From the NCBI RefSeq assembly GCF_009914755.1, contig NC_060947.1: 64,000 nt of DNA; one strand, 5' to 3'. Shown piece by piece: positions 57,945 through 64,000 of the stretch. The position numbers and the translations under genes were made by a program. A model generated the notes under the pieces. The model was given only the letters and a program-made list of their open reading frames with translations, searched no databases and had not been told where the DNA came from. How positions within the stretch are numbered: the first letter of the stretch is position 1; every line of letters starts with the position of its first letter. This DNA is from the human T2T-CHM13v2.0 reference genome, Homo sapiens.

Positions 57945-59510
57945 TAAGGACAACTAACAGAGTAGGAGAATATACTTGCAAATTATATACATTCACGTGT
58001 TACTTAACAACGTTCTGAGAAGTACATTATTAGGCAATTTTTTCATGTAGAATGTATTATACTTACACAAACCTAGATAGTATAACCTACTACATTCCTA
58101 GGCTGTATGATATAGCCTATTGCTCCTAGGCTACAAACCAGTACAGCCTGTTATTGTGTTGAATACTACAGGCAATTGTAATAACACAATGATATTTGTG
58201 TATCTAAATATATCTAAACATAGAAAGGGTGCAGTAAAAATGCAATATAAAAGATTTAAAAAATGGTACACCTTCACAGGGTATTTACTATGAATGGAGC
58301 TTGCACAACTAGAAGTTGCTCTGAGTGAGTCAGTGAATGGCAAGTGCATTTGAAGGGCTAAAATGTTATTGTTTACTATTGTAGACTTTATACATAGAGT
58401 ACATGTAGGCTATACTAAATTTATAAAACTATTATTTCTTCAAAAATAAATTAACTTCACTTAATGTAACATTTTATTTTCTATACTTTTCTAAATTTTT
58501 TAAACTTTTTGACTTTTTATGTGCAAACTTTTCAGCTGTGCAAACAAATTTTTCAGCTCTTTTATAATCTTATGTGACCACCATCATACATGCAGTCCAC
58601 CATTCAACAAAACATTATTAAGTGACGTATGACTGTTTCTCATAAGGGAGTTTTATTCAGACTATATAAAGAACTCTTGAAATTCACAAATAAAAAGACA
58701 AATAACCCATTAAAATGTAAAAATGATTTAAACAGACATATGGCTAAAGAAGATATACAAATGGTAAATAAGGGCATGAAAAGTTGCTAAACATTATTAG
58801 CCATCAGGGAAATAAAAATCATAACTATGATGTGATATTACTCCATACCCACTAATCACTAATAAGGATACAAACAAATAAACAGATGATAACAAGTGTT
58901 GGGGAGAATGTAGCTTTGAAAAAGAGCCTGACAATTCCTCAATAGGTTAAACACAAAATAATCATTTTAACACCATTTCTACTTCTCGCCATTTACCTAA
59001 GAGAAATTAAAACATAAGTCACGTAAAACTTTACACCTTAATATACATAGCAGCATTATTCATAATAGATAAAAGAGGAGCAATACAAATGTCTATCCAC
59101 TGATGAATGGATAAAAATATGGTATTTATGTATAATGGAATATTATATAACAATAAAAATAATGAAGCATTGACAATATAAAAATATGTATGAATCTTTA
59201 AAACATTATGGTAAATGAAAGAAGTCATTCACAAAATATCTCATAATATGTGACTCCATTTATATGACATATCCTGAAATGGGGTATCCATAGAGACAGA
59301 AAGTAGATTGGTAATTATTTAACTTTGAGGGAGGTTAGTGGAGAATGACTGCTATTGGATATGAGGTTTCATTTTAGAGACAATGTTCAAAAAGTATATA
59401 ATGGTGATGGTTGCACAACAATACACATACTAAAAGCCATTGAATCCAACTCTTTAAATAAGTGAATTGTATGGCATGTAAATTATATTTGAATACAGTA
59501 ATAAAAATAT
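57945..59510 (+). mobile_element. Old L1 (L1MB/MC-like) ORF2 end and 3' UTR, interrupted by Tigger3
   Basis: aaggacaactaacagagtaggagaatatacttgcaaatta, resuming at ctcataagggag..., ending gtgaattgtatggcatgtaaattatat. Confidence 0.8.
57990..58635. mobile_element. Tigger3/MER7-family TcMar DNA transposon (non-autonomous)
   Basis: Degenerate TIRs cattcacgtgttacttaac and ttaagtgacgtatgactg. Internal motif tatagcctattgctcctaggctacaaacc. Confidence 0.85.
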
Positions 59511-60404
59511 TAGTAATAAATTTCCATGTCACAAAATTTACAAACAAAATCTATTTTCATAATATTTTATAATTATTGAATATTTGTGTAATAAAAATCA
59601 TTTCTATCCACATCAGCATTCACATGCATTGTTTTTATATCATTGTAGGTAGCCTCTCTTATTTTGAGCACAATTATTTTATTATGTCTTTATATCCAGT
59701 TCCCACATTGGTATAGCTCCTAAATATGTCATTCTTTACCTAATAACCCAAAATTACTTTATATTAACGTGTCATTATTGGTTTGACCTTCATTTATTGT
59801 CAGTCCTTTTTATTGTTCTGTTTTCTAATTTTCTCTCTATATATATATTTATATAAATGATTACAAAAATATTTCCAAATAAAATATTGTTTCCCACTGA
59901 TACTTTTCCTTCGCATATTTGTGCCCCACAGTTGACTATACATCATCACTGTTTTTAAACATTATCGTTTTTGGTGAATAAGCCAGATTGACACCCCCCA
60001 CATGTCAGATGTATGAATTAAAACTAGGGAGGATAAAGTATGTCAAATGGAGTCGGAATAGAAATATGAAGAGATAAACACTGAAATTCCTTTTCATTAA
60101 TAATTCATATTGTTATAGCATAGGAAAATCTTAATTCTTTTCTTCAATGTTAATTATAAAGCATTTATTATAGTAGAATCATTTCATATTCATAATGCAG
60201 TAATAATTCAATGGGAATTCTTAGTAATTTAAATGGAGACAAGTGTTCACTTATTATGAAGTATTACTGCTGACTAGAAAACACTTTAATGTAAGTGGTC
60301 ATTCCATTAATGTGTTTAACATTCTCAATATATCATTATTAATCATGACATGACACTGGAATTAATACATGCCTTTTTCATGGACTTATAGAATTAATGA
60401 AATG

Positions 60405-61440
60405 CTTTTTCATAGACTGATGGAATCAGAGAACATTACCATTAGTGGAGGCCTTAGGGGTTATCTAGTTAAACTCCCTACATGATTGTTGTATGAATCT
60501 CTAAAATACGTTGACAAGTAGCCTTCAAGCCTACTCTTAAAAAACTCTATTGAAGGGGGCTTGCATTCTTTCATTAGGTGACCAATTGTAATATCAGACA
60601 GCTATAATTACAGCACGCTTTTATTCTTTTTATTGAATGAAAATCAGTCTTTCTGAGATGTCTGACCACAGGCTTTCATTCTGTCCTTTGGAGCCACACA
60701 CAACAAGCTGGCCAATTCTATCTATGATAGCCCCTCAAGTGACTAATGAGCATTGTCATACATTCCTTCGCTCCCCATGCCTGCCATGTATTTCTATACC
60801 TAAATACTCTAATTTCATTCTGTTGTTTCTAACAGAATGATTTTTATTCTGTCCCTGGTTTAGTCATTCTTCTTTGAGTATGCTCTAATTTGCACATGGC
60901 TCTCTTAAAAACGTGGCACTCATAATTAACGTAGTACTACAGATGTGGCTTATCACTTTTCTTTTTTTGTGTACTCTATCTCTATCCATGCAGCCTAAAA
61001 CGGCATTACCTTTTTAGTAAGCCTAAGGGACAACTAGCTTATATTTATTAATAGTTTATAGTCAGTCCCTTTAAATATCATGTTTTTGTATTATTTTTTA
61101 TTTATCCATTTGCTTCTGAGTTTGTATGGTGCAAATGGCTTTTGAACTTAAGGATAAGGTGTTACATTTATCCGTGCTAAATTTCAATGTACTAGGTTCA
61201 ACTCATTGCTAACACATTTTTTATTTTTTGCATCTTGTTTCTGTCATATAATATATCGACTACCATGACTACAGGCATCTGACATCCGAGCAGTAAATTT
61301 ACTTTGACGTAGTTTGACTTGGGTCATATTGTGCATTATAATTTTTACAGTGCTATTGTACGCTCTTGTTAATTTGGCTTGTTCCTTATTTGAAAAATAA
61401 AGTGAGAATGGTAATACTGTACTATATTGCCAAATGTGTA
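60405..61440 (-). mobile_element. Ancient L3/CR1-like LINE remnant
   Basis: Degenerate antisense CR1 motifs (gtggcactcataattaacgtagtactacagatgtgg; ttacatttatccgtgctaaatttca) and a MIR3/L3-type end (ggaggccttaggggttatctagt). Confidence 0.55.
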
Positions 61441-61865
61441 ACATTTGTCCCTGTAGTGTTTGAGGGACGTTTAGGAAAGTGGAAATTTTTTACTTCTCCT
61501 TCTTTGCCAAAATATAAGTTCTTGTCCCAAATTTGTTCAGTACTTTTCTATATCACTGCCTCCACTTGTGACCTAGTCTCTATCTATAATTTCTTCTCTA
61601 GTGGTTGTACTAATTTACTCGATAAACCCATATTCATACTGTAAGGGCAAAATCAACTTTTAAAAGTTTTAGAATGCCTCTTTTGGAACCCTCAATTAGA
61701 ATTAATATCTTCTTTCCCTTAGTCACTTACAGTAATATCCTTTGTACATTTTATGTCATTGAAACTGACTGCAATTCATTATAGATTCTTAGACATGTGT
61801 GTCCATTTCCATTAGATTGTAATTTCTTTAAAACTGGAGGCTTAATATTCCCCATAGCACTTTCC

Positions 61866-64000
61866 AGTTTTTTAATTTGTTTTATTCTTTGTTTTACATT
61901 TTTACTTTTTGTAGGTACATAGTAGGTGTACATATAGATGGGGTACATGAGATGACTTGATACAGGCATGCAATGTGTAATAAGCACATCATGAAGAATG
62001 GGATATTTATCCCCTCAAGCATTTATTACTGGAGTTACAAACAATTCAGTTACACGCTTTAAATTATTTTAAAATGTACGATGAAATTATTATTGACTAT
62101 AGTCACCTTATCATGCTATCAAATGGCAGGTCTTATTCATTCTTTCTAACGATTTTTTGGTACACACTAACCGTCTCCACCTCTCCCCCAGCACCCTACT
62201 AGTAACCGTCCTCTGGTAACTATTTAATTTAATTGTTTTGATTTTTAAATACCAGAAATGTCAGAACACGCAATGTTTGTCTTACTGTGCTTGGCTTATT
62301 TCACTTAATAATCTTCAGTTCGATCCATCTTGTGGCAAATGACAAGGTCTCATTCTTCTTTTAGGGCTGAATGGCACTCCGTTTTGTATATGTACCACAT
62401 TTTCTTTATTCAGTCATATGTTGATGGACACCTGCATTTCTTCCAAAACTTAGCTATCGTAAACAGTGCTGCAACAAACATAGGGGTGCATATATCTCTT
62501 CGATACACTGATTTCCTTTCTTTTGGGTATATACCCAGCAGTAGCATTGATGGGTCACATAATAGCTCAAATTTTAGTTTTCTGATGAACCTCCAAACTG
62601 TTCTCCATAGTGGTTGTACTAATTTACATTCCCACCAACAGTGTACAAGGGTTCTCTTTTCTCCACATCCTTGCCAGCATTTGTTATTGCCTGTCTTTTG
62701 AATATAAACCATTTGTTAAAATGAGGTGAGATGATATCACATTATAGTTTTGATTTGCATTCCTCTGATGATCAATGATTTGGAGCACTTTTTCATATTC
62801 CTATTTGCCATTTGTCTGTTTCTTTTGAGAAAGTCTATTCTGATCTTTTGCCCATTTTTTGATCAGATTATTAAATTTTTCCTATAGAGTTGTTTGAGCT
62901 TCTTATATATTCTGGTTATTAATCCCTTGTCAGATGGGTAGTTTGCAAATATTTTCTCCCATTCTGTGAGTTGTCTTTTCCTTTTGTTGAGTGTATCTTT
63001 TGCTGTGCAGAAGCTTTTTAACTTGATGTGATTCCATTTGTCCATTTTTGCTTTGATTGCCTGTGCATGTAATGTATCAAGGTAGAAATTTTTGCCCCAA
63101 CCAATGTCCTGCAGATTTTCCTCAGTCTTCTTGTAGTAGTTTTGTAGTTTTAGGTCTTACATTTAAGTCTTTAATCCATTTTGATTTTGTTTTTGTATAT
63201 GATGAGAGATGGGGGCTAGATTCATTCTTCTGCATATCGATATTCAATTTTCTTAGCATCTTTTATTGAAGATACTTTATTTTTCCAGTTTATGTTCTTG
63301 GCATCTCTGTTTAAAATGAGTATACTGTGGGTATGTGGATTTATTTCTGCATTCTCTATTCTGCTTCATTGGTCTATGTGTCTGTTTTTTGTGCCAGTAC
63401 CATGCTGTTTTGTTTACTATAGTTCTGTAGTATAATTTGAAGACAGGTAATGTGATTCCTCTACTATTGTTCTTTGGGCTTAGAAAAGCCTTGGCTATTC
63501 TGGGACTTCTGTGGTTCCATATTAACTTTAGGATAGGTTTTTTTCTATTTCTGTGAAGAATGTCATTTGTATTTTGATAGGGATTACATTGAATCTGTAG
63601 ATTACTTTGGGTAGTATGGACATGTTAACAATATTGAGTCTTCCAATCGGTGAAAAATAAAATATTTTTTTCTGTTGTCTTCAGTGTTTTATAGTTTTTA
63701 TTATAGAGATATTTTACTTCTTTGGTTAAATTCCTAGGTATTTTGTTTCGTTTCTGTCTATTGTCAATGAGATTACTTTTTTATTTCATTTTCACATTGT
63801 TCACTGTCAGCATATAGAAGTGCTACTGATTTTTTATCCTGTAAATTTACTGAATTTGTTTATCAGTTCTAATAGTTTTCTTGTGGAGTTTTTAATGAGT
63901 TTCCAAATATAAGATTATATCATCTGCACACAAGGATTAGTTGATTTCCTTTCCAGTTTGGATGTCTTTTATTTATTTCTCTTCTCTGATTGCTCTAGCT
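61866..64000 (-). mobile_element. L1MA1-3/L1PB-like 3' portion, continues past the window end
   Basis: Poly(T) and 3' UTR, then ORF2 C-terminal remnants (62863-63045 [16 protein letters not shown]; 62410-62712). Confidence 0.92.

Overview
This is AT-rich eukaryotic DNA from a primate (Alu J/S, L1PA, THE1/MST and MER11-type repeats), most likely human. By eye about two-thirds is LINE-1 of many ages, which is typical of X-chromosome or lamina-associated gene-poor regions, though location cannot be proven from sequence. I find no intact protein-coding gene, RNA gene or CRISPR array. Nearly all ORFs in the track are L1 or LTR remnants, Alu frames or microsatellite artefacts. The only recognisable gene sequence is a decayed processed pseudogene of PDK1 (~53789-55375). 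I found no new biological system. The most interesting signals are small: three TSD-flanked, poly(A)-tailed inserts of unrecognised sequence (17102, 30028, 43621), an inverted templated insertion inside an L1 (32808-32877), an apparent local copy of an MLT2 LTR piece (40163), three 5'-inverted L1s, and weak minus-strand exon candidates. Repeat subfamily names come from recalled consensus sequences. Boundaries of old elements are approximate.
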